64,000 nt of DNA, taken from contig JAGWOI010000007.1 of the NCBI GenBank assembly GCA_028870995.1, forward strand, positions 20,337 to 84,336, in the 5' to 3' direction. The notes under the pieces were generated by a model. The model was given only the letters and a program-made list of their open reading frames with translations, did no database searches and was not told where the DNA came from. Position numbers and translations under genes: made by a program. Numbering within the stretch: position 1 is the first letter of the stretch; each line of letters begins with the position of its first letter. The DNA comes from Candidatus Omnitrophota bacterium. GTDB lineage: Bacteria; Omnitrophota; Gorgyraeia; Zapsychrales; Fredricksoniimonadaceae. Of this stretch, positions 17,897 through 27,397 are shown piece after piece.

Positions 17897-19456
17897 TTAA
17901 TGTTTGAAGTGCCTGACGCCGGTCATAACCATGGCGATCTTCTTTTTGTCGGCCTCTTTGATGACGGCCTCATCCATGATGGAACCGCCGGTCTGAACAA
18001 TAGCTTTGACCCCGGCCTTGGCGGCGATGGTGACGGTATCGGGTTTGGGTAAAAAAGCATCAGAAATAAGAACGCTGCCGCGGGCGGATTTGCCGGCCTT
18101 GGCAAGGGCATGGAGAGCGGAATCCACCCGGCTGGTCTGGCCGCAGCCGATGCCGATCGTCTGCGTTCCCTTGATTAAAGCAATGGCGTTGCTTTTGACA
18201 TGCTTGATGAGTTTCCAGCCGAAGATCATGGCATCGATCTGGGCCTTGGTGGGCTTCACCTTGCTGACAATTTTCAACTCTTCAGCCTTCAACGCGCGGC
18301 TGTCCTTCTCCTGCAGTAAAAGCCCGCCGGAAACCTTCTTGAAGTCATAAAGCTCATCGGCAACACCGCAGATATCAAGCACCAGCAGGCGCAAATTCTT
18401 TTTAGCGGCAAAAAGCGTCTTGGCCTCCGGCGTAAATTCGGGGGCCACGACGCATTCCATAAAACCGCTCTTGATGACGGCAGCCGCGGCCTTTGCATCC
18501 ACCGGGCGGTTGAAGCCGATGATGCCGCCGAAAGCGGAAAGTGCATCGCATTTCCAGGCCTTCACGAAGGCCTTATCGAGGGTCTTGTCCTGGGCGATGC
18601 CGCAAGGGTTGTTATGCTTGATGATGACCGCCGCGGGCGCGTCGAATTCGCGGACGATGTCCACCGCGGCATTCAAGTCGAGGATATTGTTAAAAGAAAG
18701 TTCCTTGCCCTGCAGTTGTTTTAATCCGGCCAGCCCCTGCGGCTGGAGATTGTCTTTATAAAAAGCCGCGGCCTGGTGCGGATTTTCGCCGTACCGCAGG
18801 TCCTGCAGCTTGCCGAAGGACACCGAAAATTCCTTGGGGAAGGAAGAAAAAGAATTATCCGTCTTAAAACGGTTCTTGAGAAATTCGTAAATGGCCGCAT
18901 CATAACGGCTGGTGCGCTCAAAGACCTCGATGGCCAGGCCTGAGAGCACCTTGTCCGAAAGGATGCCGCTGTTATTGGTCAATTCACTTAAAACTTCCGC
19001 ATACCGCGCCGCATTGCAGATGACGGCGACACTCTTATAATTCTTGGCCGCGGAGCGCAGCATGGAAGGGCCGCCGATATCGATATTCTCGATGGCCTCA
19101 TCCAGGGTGATGTTCTTTTTCTGAATGACTTTCTCGAAAGGATAGAGATTGACCACCACCATGTCGATGAGGCCGATGGTGTGGCTCTCGATCTGCTTCA
19201 TATGTTCGGGATTATCGCGCAACGCCAACAGCCCGCCGTGGATCTTGGGGTGCAGGGTTTTGACCCGGCCGTCCAGCATTTCCGGAAAACCGGTATACTC
19301 GGATACTTCGCGGACAGGGATGTTGGCCGAACGCAACAGCACAGCTGTTCCGCCGGTGGAAATGATCTCGATGCCCAGTTTCTGCAAACCCTTGGCAAAC
19401 TCCACCAGGCCGGATTTATCGGAAACGGAAATAAGCGCGCGTTTGACCTTGATCAT
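17897..19456 (-). CDS. purH: Bifunctional AICAR transformylase/IMP cyclohydrolase
   Basis: MIKVKRALISVSDKSGLVEFAKGLQKLGIEIISTGGTA N-terminus and full-length PurH similarity. Start at MIKVKR; the longer ORF to 19486 would run into the rpsU terminator hairpin. Confidence 0.9.
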   Translation of the reverse strand: MIKVKRALISVSDKSGLVEFAKGLQKLGIEIISTGGTAVLLRSANIPVREVSEYTGFPEMLDGRVKTLHPKIHGGLLALRDNPEHMKQIESHTIGLIDMVVVNLYPFEKVIQKKNITLDEAIENIDIGGPSMLRSAAKNYKSVAVICNAARYAEVLSELTNNSGILSDKVLSGLAIEVFERTSRYDAAIYEFLKNRFKTDNSFSSFPKEFSVSFGKLQDLRYGENPHQAAAFYKDNLQPQGLAGLKQLQGKELSFNNILDLNAAVDIVREFDAPAAVIIKHNNPCGIAQDKTLDKAFVKAWKCDALSAFGGIIGFNRPVDAKAAAAVIKSGFMECVVAPEFTPEAKTLFAAKKNLRLLVLDICGVADELYDFKKVSGGLLLQEKDSRALKAEELKIVSKVKPTKAQIDAMIFGWKLIKHVKSNAIALIKGTQTIGIGCGQTSRVDSALHALAKAGKSARGSVLISDAFLPKPDTVTIAAKAGVKAIVQTGGSIMDEAVIKEADKKKIAMVMTGVRHFKH

Positions 19457-19472
19457 GGGGGAATTTAAAGAA

Positions 19473-19502
19473 ATTAAATAAGACACCTATAATTGGTGTC
19501 TT
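19473..19502 (-). terminator. Intrinsic terminator-like hairpin downstream of rpsU (11-bp perfect stem AATAAGACACC/GGTGTCTTATT, 7-nt loop)
   Basis: Seen directly. On the minus strand it is followed by AUUUCUUUAAAUU. Confidence 0.5.
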
Positions 19503-19526
19503 ATTGTAAAGCCTGCCTGTAACAGT

Positions 19527-19682
19527 TTATCTCTTGCCTTTTTTGCGTTTACGTTCGGAAGGCTTGCTGTAAAAGCGGCGCTCTTTGAGCTCCACCAAAA
19601 AGCCGTCTTTCTGGCACTGCTTCTTGAATAAGCGCATCGCTTTTTCGAAACTATTTTTGTCGTTGACCTTGACTTCCAGCAT
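19527..19682 (-). CDS. rpsU: 30S ribosomal protein S21 (51 aa; absent from ORF track because <60 aa)
   Basis: Manual translation MLEVKVNDKNSFEKAMRLFKKQCQKDGFLVELKERRFYSKPSERKRKKGKR matches the S21 consensus (MPxVxVxExESFxxALRRFKRxCEKxG...EFYEKPSxxRKRKK). AGGTGAG SD. Confidence 0.75.
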   Translation of the reverse strand: MLEVKVNDKNSFEKAMRLFKKQCQKDGFLVELKERRFYSKPSERKRKKGKR

Positions 19683-19805
19683 TAACTCACCTGCTCCCTG
19701 GGTTTTAAATCGGTTAGTGAAGGTTGTATTATAGTATATGTTTTAGCATTGTCAATTAATTCGAGGATCCGGCCGGAATTTCCTTAAAAAGCAGCCAAAA
19801 GATCT

Positions 19806-20990
19806 TTAGTAGGTCGGATCGACGTAGGTATATAGTTCTCCCTTGAAATTGCGCAGCACGTAGCGGCCTTTTTCCTTGGAGACCATATAGTCGGGGTTCA
19901 CGGGGATTTTCCCGCCGCCGCCGGGACCGTCGATCACATAGGTCGGCACCGCATAGCCGGTGGTGTGGCCGCGGAGGTTCTGCATGATATTGATGCCGGT
20001 CTCCACGGTCGTGCGGAAATGCTTGGAGCCGACAATGGGGTCGCACTGGTAAATGTAGTACGGGCGGACCCGGATCTTCAACAGTTCATGGAAGAGCTTC
20101 TTCATGATCTCGGGCTTGTCATTGACGCCGCGCAGCAGCACGGTCTGCGAACCCATGGGGATGCCGGCATCGGCGATCATGTTGCAGGCGTGTTTGACCC
20201 GCGGGGTCACTTCCCTGGGATGGTTGAAATGGATGCTCATCCAAAGGGGTGAATATTTCTTGAACATGGCGATCAATTCCGGCGTGACCCTTTGCGGCAA
20301 GGTCACGGGGATGCGGGTGCCGATGCGCACAAACTCCACATGCGGTATCTTTTTGACGGATGAAATCAGGTATTCCAGCATGCGGTCGCCCAACGTCAGG
20401 GGATCGCCACCGGAGATCAACACGTCGCGGATCTCCTTATGTTTGCGGATATACTCCAGGGCCGCGTCGTAGGTCGAGGTGTTGAGGGTATGGTTGCCGT
20501 CGCCCACCATGCGGGAACGGGTGCAGTAACGGCAGTACATGGCGCACATTTCATTGACTAAAAAAAGCACCCGATCCGGATAACGGTGCACCAGGCCGTG
20601 CACTTCGGAGCTCTTCTCCTCACCGCAGGGGTCCAGCATCTCTTCCGGAGCCGTTTGAAATTCATGATCCTGCGGCACAGATTGCAGACGAATCGGGCAG
20701 CCCGTGTCCTTATCGTCGATCAAGGCCGCAAAATACGGCGGAATGGACATGGTGAGCTTGTCCCCAGCGCCTTTGACCCCGCGCTCTTCCTGAGGGGTGA
20801 GCTTCATCAATTTGGATATCTGCTCAAAGCTGCGAACGCGATTGCGAAGCTGCCAGCGCCAGTCTTCCCAGTCAGCCAGGGTGGCGCCGGGGAAAAGTTT
20901 GATGACGCGCTTTTCCTGGGGCGACAACGGGATGTTGGGCCCGGCCGCAGATTGCGTTGTCTCTTCTTTAATAGTGTCCACTGGCGTCAT
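19806..20990 (-). CDS. Radical SAM amino-acid 2,3-aminomutase, KamA family (lysine 2,3-aminomutase-like)
   Basis: CAMYCRYCTRSRM CxxxCxxC. N-terminal DWEDWRWQLRNRV...SIPPYFAALID matches KamA DWNDWKWQL...ITPYYLSLID. 394 aa. Confidence 0.75.
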   Translation of the reverse strand: MTPVDTIKEETTQSAAGPNIPLSPQEKRVIKLFPGATLADWEDWRWQLRNRVRSFEQISKLMKLTPQEERGVKGAGDKLTMSIPPYFAALIDDKDTGCPIRLQSVPQDHEFQTAPEEMLDPCGEEKSSEVHGLVHRYPDRVLFLVNEMCAMYCRYCTRSRMVGDGNHTLNTSTYDAALEYIRKHKEIRDVLISGGDPLTLGDRMLEYLISSVKKIPHVEFVRIGTRIPVTLPQRVTPELIAMFKKYSPLWMSIHFNHPREVTPRVKHACNMIADAGIPMGSQTVLLRGVNDKPEIMKKLFHELLKIRVRPYYIYQCDPIVGSKHFRTTVETGINIMQNLRGHTTGYAVPTYVIDGPGGGGKIPVNPDYMVSKEKGRYVLRNFKGELYTYVDPTY

Positions 20991-22084
20991 TTTTCGTAAG
21001 CGGCCTCCCTGGCGGCCCTTCTTCCTGAAGATTTGGCCCGCAGTTTGTCCTGAGGGTCCATCAAGCCTAAGCGGATCAAGGCCTGGCCCAGGATCTCATT
21101 GATGATCTGATTATACGTCATTCCCTTGACCTTGGCAAAGAGAACAAAAACATCGTCAGGGCTTAAATTGGGCAGCGGATTGATCTCCAGCACGTAAGGG
21201 TGCCCCGATTCATCCACGCGAAAATCCACGCGCCCGAAATCCCGGCAGTCCACGGCTTTATAGGCGCGCACCGCCAGCTCCTGCAGCAAGGACGACAATT
21301 TTTTATCGATGGGGGCCGGGCAGATATACTGCACCGACTTTTCCGCCACATGGGCGTAGGTGTAAAATTCGTTGCCCAAATTCTTTCTGCCGTCGATGGC
21401 ATATTGCACCACCGGCATGGCCTGCGGCGGATTGTTCCCGATGACACCGACGGTGAATTCCGTGCCCTTGATGAACTCTTCGACCAGGGCCGGCTGCTTG
21501 TAATTGCGGTTGATGTGCTCCACCTGGGCCTTAAGCATCCGGGCGTTTTCCACCCTGGAAGCTTCATTGATCCCCTTGGAAGTGCCCTCGTGCAGGGTTT
21601 TGACGAACAGCGGGAACCCGATGGTGTTCAGGGCCTCCAGGTCGTCATCCGGGCCGGCCTTGAAAAAACGCGCGGTGGGAATGCCTTCGGCGATAAAGCA
21701 CTTTTTGGCCATCACCTTATCAAGCGTCACACCCAGCGTCAGGGCATCGGCGCCGGCAAAGGGAATGTTATACAAATCCAGAATGGCGGGCACCTGGGAT
21801 TCGCGGTTACGGCCGCGGAAACCTTCGGAAATATTAAGAACGATGTCGACTTTCAAACTGCCTTTGATGATGCGGTCAATAAGCGCGCGGGCGCCGCCGA
21901 TCAACACCACCTTATGGCCGGCTGATTCCAGCGCCTTTTGAAGACATTCGACAGTTCTCTTCCCGTCGAGTTCGGCAGCGGCGTCGACAGGATCATCAAC
22001 GGAGCCCTGCCAATCGCTCTTCAGATCATAAGTTAAGCCGACAATTTTTCCCATATTTTGTCTACAATTTATCAAAAATTCCAA
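20987..22084 (-). CDS. ATP-grasp ligase, D-Ala-D-Ala ligase-like (unknown substrates); possible start at MGKIVGL (22054)
   Basis: C-terminal ATP-grasp signature DFGRVDFRVDESGHPYVLEINPLPNLSP. Central FPLFVKTLHEGTSKGI. Start codon overlaps the aminomutase stop by 4 nt. Confidence 0.65.
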   Translation of the reverse strand: MEFLINCRQNMGKIVGLTYDLKSDWQGSVDDPVDAAAELDGKRTVECLQKALESAGHKVVLIGGARALIDRIIKGSLKVDIVLNISEGFRGRNRESQVPAILDLYNIPFAGADALTLGVTLDKVMAKKCFIAEGIPTARFFKAGPDDDLEALNTIGFPLFVKTLHEGTSKGINEASRVENARMLKAQVEHINRNYKQPALVEEFIKGTEFTVGVIGNNPPQAMPVVQYAIDGRKNLGNEFYTYAHVAEKSVQYICPAPIDKKLSSLLQELAVRAYKAVDCRDFGRVDFRVDESGHPYVLEINPLPNLSPDDVFVLFAKVKGMTYNQIINEILGQALIRLGLMDPQDKLRAKSSGRRAAREAAYEK

Positions 22085-22179
22085 AAAATGCTATAAATAT
22101 TTTAGAGAAAAGGGGGAAGTGCGGCCGAGAATGGGGACAGCCCCCTTGTCATTTCTTTGAAATGAAAGCCGACACCCTT

Positions 22180-22854
22180 TTACCGGCTGGTGGTGACATC
22201 CACCCGATGACAAATGGTATTGACCGGGCAGATCGAACATTTCGGTGAAATGGGGCTGCACACGTTCTGGCCCCAGGTCACCAACAGAGCATTATATTCA
22301 TTCCAATACTGGTCAGGCAGTTTTTTTCTTAAGGCGAATTCGGTTTCATGCGGGGTCTTGGTGCGCACGTACCCAAGACGGTTGGAAATGCGGTGGACGT
22401 GCGTGTCCACGCAAATACCCGGCTTGGCAAAACCTTCGACCAACACCAGGTTGGCGGTCTTGCGTCCTACCCCTTTGAGGGTGAGCAATTCTTCCAGGTC
22501 ATCGGGAACTTCACCGCCGAAGCGGCCGATCAGGTCACGGCAGATCTCGTGGATGCGGACGGCCTTGGTCTTATAAAACCCAACGGGATAGATCAGTTCC
22601 CGCAATTCAGCAAGGGTGAGCTTCAGCATGCCCTCCGGCGTATCGGCACGGGCAAAGAGCCTCTCGCTGGCGGGCAGGGTGGTTTCGTCGCGGGTGCGCA
22701 GGGACAGCAGGCAGGAGATGAGGACCAAGAACGGGCTCTTGAATTTCTTGCCTACCAGCGTCACCGAGGGATCAGGCAGGTCGCGCATGGCCACCTTCAG
22801 CCGCCTGACCACCCCGGCAAGCTGTTTATTGTCCAATAATCCTCTATTTAGCAT
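22180..22854 (-). CDS. nth: Endonuclease III
   Basis: Hh[17 protein letters not shown]. [4Fe-4S] [17 protein letters not shown] (C-x6-C-x2-C-x5-C). Confidence 0.85.
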   Translation of the reverse strand: MLNRGLLDNKQLAGVVRRLKVAMRDLPDPSVTLVGKKFKSPFLVLISCLLSLRTRDETTLPASERLFARADTPEGMLKLTLAELRELIYPVGFYKTKAVRIHEICRDLIGRFGGEVPDDLEELLTLKGVGRKTANLVLVEGFAKPGICVDTHVHRISNRLGYVRTKTPHETEFALRKKLPDQYWNEYNALLVTWGQNVCSPISPKCSICPVNTICHRVDVTTSR

Positions 22855-22873
22855 TGTGTTTAAGATGAAGCCG

Positions 22874-23800
22874 TTACGGGAGGTCGCTGAAAACGTAACC
22901 CATCTCTTCGAGCGTACCGTAGTCCTCGCGCCAGTCGGGATTGGTTTTGACGAAAAGTTCCAGGAAAACCTTCTGGCCGACCAGGTCTTCCAGGTCCTTG
23001 CGCGCCTGCGTGCCCACCTGCTTTAAGACCGCCCCGGCCTTGCCGATGACGATCTCCTTCTGGGACTCGCGTTCCACCAATATGACCGCCCGGATATGCA
23101 GCACCTTGCCCTTCTTGGGGCGGACACTTTCGATGATGACCGCAATGGAATGCGGCACCTCCTCGCGCATGAGCATGAACAGCTTTTCCCGGATCAGGTC
23201 CGCCATGGCCATGCGCTGGGGAAAATCAGTCAGCACGTCCTCAGGGTACAAAAGCGGCCCCTCCGGCAAGAATTCGAAGAGGAGGTCCAATAATTTCTTA
23301 ACGTTGTTCCCCTTAAGGGCGGAGAGCGGCAGCAGGGTCAAGTCCTTCATTTCCGTGACCGGTCCTCCCCGAGTTTCTTCCCAGAGCTTGATGTACTCGG
23401 GCACGAACTTGCCCTTGGTGATGTCCACCTTGTTGAGGCCCACGATAATGGGCTTGCCGCATTTGTTCAAGCGGCTGATGACGTACTGTTCCTCGCTGCC
23501 GGTCTTCTCGCTGGCATCAACCATATGGATAATGGCATCCACCGAATCAATACTGCCCGTCGACGCCCGGCTCATGTACTTGTCCAGCTTGTCGCGGCCC
23601 ATATGAAGCCCCGGCGTGTCGATAAAGACGATCTGGCCGCGCTTGTCGGTATAGACCCCCCGGATTTGCTGGCGTGTGGTTTGGGGCACGTCGGAGACGA
23701 TGGAGACCTTCTCCCCCAAGATAGCGTTCAATAAGGTGGATTTACCGACGTTCGGACGGCCCACAATGGCCACCATACCGCTTTTTAATTTTTCTGCCAT
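22874..23800 (-). CDS. era: GTPase Era
   Basis: [34 protein letters not shown] and a KH domain C-terminus. Confidence 0.9.
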   Translation of the reverse strand: MAEKLKSGMVAIVGRPNVGKSTLLNAILGEKVSIVSDVPQTTRQQIRGVYTDKRGQIVFIDTPGLHMGRDKLDKYMSRASTGSIDSVDAIIHMVDASEKTGSEEQYVISRLNKCGKPIIVGLNKVDITKGKFVPEYIKLWEETRGGPVTEMKDLTLLPLSALKGNNVKKLLDLLFEFLPEGPLLYPEDVLTDFPQRMAMADLIREKLFMLMREEVPHSIAVIIESVRPKKGKVLHIRAVILVERESQKEIVIGKAGAVLKQVGTQARKDLEDLVGQKVFLELFVKTNPDWREDYGTLEEMGYVFSDLP

Positions 23801-23801
23801 G

Positions 23802-24059
23802 TTATTTCCTGTACCTCCACACCGCGATCACGACCCCGGTGAACAATACGAGATTGACGATATTATAGCTTCTCCAGACCACGTCCTTGGAAGCAAAACC
23901 CGACGGGGCCATCAGCAGGCAGCATACCCAAACCCCCATCAGCCAGTAAATGGATATGTCGGCCGAGGAACGCCGCCGGACGATCCTCATGATGAGGGGA
24001 ATGTTGAAAAAAGGCAGGACGATTGCCGCCACCAGGCTGATGTTTTCCCAAGTAAGCAT
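23802..24059 (-). CDS. SemiSWEET/PQ-loop small membrane sugar transporter-like protein (85 aa, 3 TM)
   Basis: IPLIMRIVRRRSSADIS resembles the SemiSWEET LPQVLRVVMTKQTRDIS PQ-loop. Three hydrophobic segments. Confidence 0.45.
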   Translation of the reverse strand: MLTWENISLVAAIVLPFFNIPLIMRIVRRRSSADISIYWLMGVWVCCLLMAPSGFASKDVVWRSYNIVNLVLFTGVVIAVWRYRK

Positions 24060-24060
24060 A

Positions 24061-24966
24061 TTAAGAAAGCGCGAAGAACTTGACCAGGGTCTTCAGCCGC
24101 TCCTCGACCTCGCGCATGGAAAGCGACGCCGTTTTGGCCATGCCGAAACCCTGTACGTTAAAGGAAGCCACCGTCGTGGCATACAAGCAGGCCTTGCGCA
24201 AAACCTTGTCGTCGATCTTGCCCGCGCGGCTTAAATAGCCCATGAGGCCGCCGGCAAAGGTGTCCCCGGCGCCGGTGGGGTCCACGACCTTCTCCACCGG
24301 GTAGGCGGGAAAGGAGAACATCAGCCGGTCGCTGGTAAAAAGCACACCGTGCTCGCCTTTCTTGATGACGACCATACGCGGCCCAAAACCCCGAAGCCGC
24401 TTGGCAGCCATGATCAAGTTGTTTTCCTGGGTAAGGGCCCTGGCCTCGCCGTCATTGGCCACGAACAAATGCACCATCTTCATCAGCCGGCGCAAGGATT
24501 TTTGTTTATGGTTGATCCATAAATTCATGCTGTCGAGCCCGATAAGCTCAGGAGCCTTCAAGCTCTTTAGCAGCTGCATTTGCAGATCCGGGTCGATGTT
24601 GGCCAAAAAGACGTTGGGCAACTTACGCTGATGCTCCTTCAATTGGGGCACATAGGTCTGCAGCGCGCCCAGTTCCGTGGCCAGGGTGATCGCCGTATTA
24701 AGATCTTCTTGTTTGTATTCTCCCCGCCAGCGGAAGGTTTTCTCGCGGCTGAGCAAAATCGACGAACAGTCGATGCCCTTGCGCTTCAAGAATTCCAGGT
24801 GCTTGATGGGAAAGTCCCGGCCCACCACGGCTGCCAGATGCACGTCCGTAAAAAGCCGTGCGGCCATGGCAAAATGGGCGGCGGAACCGCCCAGCATGTC
24901 CTTCTTTGAACCTGACGGCGTTTTGACATGGTCCAGCGCCACCGTCCCTAAAACGACCAAACTCAT
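24061..24966 (-). CDS. PfkB-family carbohydrate kinase
   Basis: C-terminal VDPTGAGDTFAGGLMGYL PfkB signature. Confidence 0.75.
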   Translation of the reverse strand: MSLVVLGTVALDHVKTPSGSKKDMLGGSAAHFAMAARLFTDVHLAAVVGRDFPIKHLEFLKRKGIDCSSILLSREKTFRWRGEYKQEDLNTAITLATELGALQTYVPQLKEHQRKLPNVFLANIDPDLQMQLLKSLKAPELIGLDSMNLWINHKQKSLRRLMKMVHLFVANDGEARALTQENNLIMAAKRLRGFGPRMVVIKKGEHGVLFTSDRLMFSFPAYPVEKVVDPTGAGDTFAGGLMGYLSRAGKIDDKVLRKACLYATTVASFNVQGFGMAKTASLSMREVEERLKTLVKFFALS

Positions 24967-24967
24967 C

Positions 24968-25387
24968 CTATTCTCCTATGATCTTAACCAGCACGCGTTT
25001 GTCGCGACGGCCGTCGAACTCGCCGTAAAAAATCTGCTCCCAGGGTCCGAAATCGAGCTTTCCCCTGGTGACGGCCACCACCACCTCGCGGCCCATGACT
25101 TGACGTTTCAGGTGGGCATCGGCATTGTCCTCGCCGGTATCGTTATGCCGGTATTGGGCAACCGGCTCATGCGGCGCCAACTTTTCCAACCAGGCATCAT
25201 AATCGTGCAAAAGCCCGTTTTCGTCGTCGTTGATATAAACACTGGCGGAAATGTGCATGGCATTGACCAGGCACAAGCCTTCCCGGATCCCGCTTTTATC
25301 AATGGCCTCCTGCACTTGGGCCGAAATATTGATGTACGCCCGGCGGGTCTTGGTGTGGAACCACAACTCTTGACGGAAATGTTTCAT
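24968..25387 (-). CDS. YjbQ/UPF0047 family protein (secondary thiamine-phosphate synthase-like)
   Basis: 139 aa. Overall YjbQ-like sequence ([21 protein letters not shown]...[15 protein letters not shown]). Confidence 0.7.
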   Translation of the reverse strand: MKHFRQELWFHTKTRRAYINISAQVQEAIDKSGIREGLCLVNAMHISASVYINDDENGLLHDYDAWLEKLAPHEPVAQYRHNDTGEDNADAHLKRQVMGREVVVAVTRGKLDFGPWEQIFYGEFDGRRDKRVLVKIIGE

Positions 25388-25388
25388 G

Positions 25389-25808
25389 CTACTCTTGTCT
25401 GGCCGGCTTTTTCTTTTTTTCCAACTGCTTGATGTATTGCTGGAAATGTTCGTCTTTGAGCAGATTATCCAGGTCCGTGTCCCCTTTCATATGCTCAAAG
25501 TCATCGTAACCCAAGTCGATGGCCTTGGTCAAGGCGCCCAACGCCGCCCGGGTCTGGTTGAGGAGTGCGTAGGAGCAGGCCAAATTGTAAAACACCACCG
25601 GGTCTTCGGGCCTCAGGCCGGAAAGTTTTATGTCGACCTCAAGCCCTTTTTGCCATAATCCCGCCTTGGTGTACAAATCACCGATGGCCGCCAGCGCCTG
25701 GATGAAATCCGGTGTACTTCTTAGGATATTCTCGTAAAAAGAAATCTCGAAATCGATGTCTTCCTTCTTGCGGGGGAGTTTGGCGGCATGCTCTTTGCGC
25801 ATAGGCAT
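25389..25808 (-). CDS. TPR-repeat protein
   Basis: Repeated A/L/Y helical TPR-like pattern ([28 protein letters not shown]). Confidence 0.5.
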   Translation of the reverse strand: MPMRKEHAAKLPRKKEDIDFEISFYENILRSTPDFIQALAAIGDLYTKAGLWQKGLEVDIKLSGLRPEDPVVFYNLACSYALLNQTRAALGALTKAIDLGYDDFEHMKGDTDLDNLLKDEHFQQYIKQLEKKKKPARQE

Positions 25809-25814
25809 CCTTTC

Positions 25815-26966
25815 TTACTTCTTTTTTAAATACTTTTCAATCCTGGCAACGGCTTCCTTTAAATTATCGTAACTTGAGGCGTACGAGATGCGCACGTGGT
25901 CGCTGCAGCCTGTACCAAAGGCGTCTCCGGGCACCAGGGCCACCTTCTGTTTCATCAGCAGGTTCTTGGCGAAATCCATGGCGTTCTCCCCCGAAATCTT
26001 GATGGAGGGAAACGCATAAAAGGCCCCCTGCGGCATGTGGCAGGTAAGCCCAATGTCGTTCAAAGCCCCGACGATGAACCGGCGTCTGCGGTCATATTCC
26101 TTTTTCATGGCGGCGACATCGTCGGCCGCATTCTTCAACGCTTGCACGGCCGCCATTTGGCCGGTGATGGAGGCGCAGAGCATCGTATATTGGTGGATCT
26201 TGGTCATGGCCCCGACCAGATCAGCCGGCCCGCAGGCATACCCGATACGAAAACCGGTCATGGCATAGCTTTTGGAAAAACCATTCAGATAGATGACCCT
26301 GTTTTTCATTCCCGGCAGGGTGGCCATGGGCGTGTGCTCGAAGTCATAGGTCAGCTCATCATAAAGCTCGTCGCTGATGACCAGCAAGTCGTGTTTCTTG
26401 ATCACGCGGGCCAGGGCCTCCAGTTCCTTCCTGGAGTAAGAGGTGCCGGTGGGATTGCACGGATAGCCCAAAAGGATCGCGCGCACGCCGCGGCCGGCCG
26501 CCGCATCGATCTGCTGGGGAGTCACTTTAAAGCCGTTGTCGAGCGTTGTTTTCAAAAAGACCGGCACCCCGCCGGCCAGCTCCACCACCGGCCCGTACGC
26601 CACATAACTTGGCTCGGGGACCAGGACTTTTTCGCCGGGATTAAGAATGGCGCGCATGGCCAAATCCAGAGCCTCGCTCACCCCGACGGTAATCAAAACT
26701 TCTTCTTCGGGATCATAATCCAATTTGCGGTGTTTCTTCAAGAAGGCGGCAATGGCCAGCCTCAGCTCGACCATGCCTTTATTGGACGTATAGGAAGTGA
26801 ACCCCTGCTCGAGAGACTCGATGGCCCGGGCCCTCACATGCCAGGGTGTCACGAAATCCGGCTCCCCTACCCCTAGGGAAATAACGTCCTTCATGCCCAG
26901 CACCAGGTCAAAAAAAGCCCTGATGCCTGAAGGTGCAAGACGGTCGACGCGTTTGGAAATTCTCAT
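25815..26966 (-). CDS. Class I/II pyridoxal-phosphate aminotransferase (aspartate/aromatic aminotransferase family)
   Basis: GYPCNPTG and the PLP-lysine region FSKSYAMTGFRIGY. Confidence 0.8.
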   Translation of the reverse strand: MRISKRVDRLAPSGIRAFFDLVLGMKDVISLGVGEPDFVTPWHVRARAIESLEQGFTSYTSNKGMVELRLAIAAFLKKHRKLDYDPEEEVLITVGVSEALDLAMRAILNPGEKVLVPEPSYVAYGPVVELAGGVPVFLKTTLDNGFKVTPQQIDAAAGRGVRAILLGYPCNPTGTSYSRKELEALARVIKKHDLLVISDELYDELTYDFEHTPMATLPGMKNRVIYLNGFSKSYAMTGFRIGYACGPADLVGAMTKIHQYTMLCASITGQMAAVQALKNAADDVAAMKKEYDRRRRFIVGALNDIGLTCHMPQGAFYAFPSIKISGENAMDFAKNLLMKQKVALVPGDAFGTGCSDHVRISYASSYDNLKEAVARIEKYLKKK

Positions 26967-26978
26967 GATGATAAATCC

Positions 26979-27311
26979 TTAATACGAAATATTCTGCCTG
27001 CGTTCACTCTTGGGATGCTTGAAGACCTGGCCTTCTTCCTTGTACTTGCGCAGCAAGAAATGGGTAGCGGTCTGACGCACATTGGCCATGGACGAAAGCT
27101 TGGCGGCCACGAAATCGGCCACGGTCTGGATACTTTCACCCTCGACGACAACCAGCAGGTCATAGCCGCCTGAAACCAGGTAGCAGCTTTTGACTTGGGG
27201 ATAGGAATAGATCCGCTCCGCGATGTTGTCGAACCCAAGATCCTTTTGGGGCGTAATGGAGACCTCAATCAAGGCACGTACCGCCGAAGAATTTGTTTTG
27301 TTTTTAGCCAT
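26979..27311 (-). CDS. Stand-alone Lrp/AsnC-type RAM (ligand-binding) domain protein, no HTH
   Basis: YPQVKSCYLVSGGYDLLVVVEGESIQTVADFV...VRQTATHFLL matches the Lrp C-terminal RAM domain. No N-terminal HTH in 110 aa. Confidence 0.55.
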   Translation of the reverse strand: MAKNKTNSSAVRALIEVSITPQKDLGFDNIAERIYSYPQVKSCYLVSGGYDLLVVVEGESIQTVADFVAAKLSSMANVRQTATHFLLRKYKEEGQVFKHPKSERRQNISY

Positions 27312-27397
27312 AGGTCACTCCTGCATTTAAACTAATAAATTTATTTCCCACAAATGGTGCCGCCACCTCAATGCTTATTAAATAAGCAGCCTATTCT

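Noticed and set aside
21200-21925. 241-aa plus-strand ORF inside the ATP-grasp gene
   Set aside because: Antisense to a gene with clear ATP-grasp signatures. No RBS or known domain.
22085-22179. GGGGG...CCCCC hairpin downstream of nth as a terminator
   Set aside because: The stem is short and irregular with a 25-nt loop and a weak U-tract. Not convincing.
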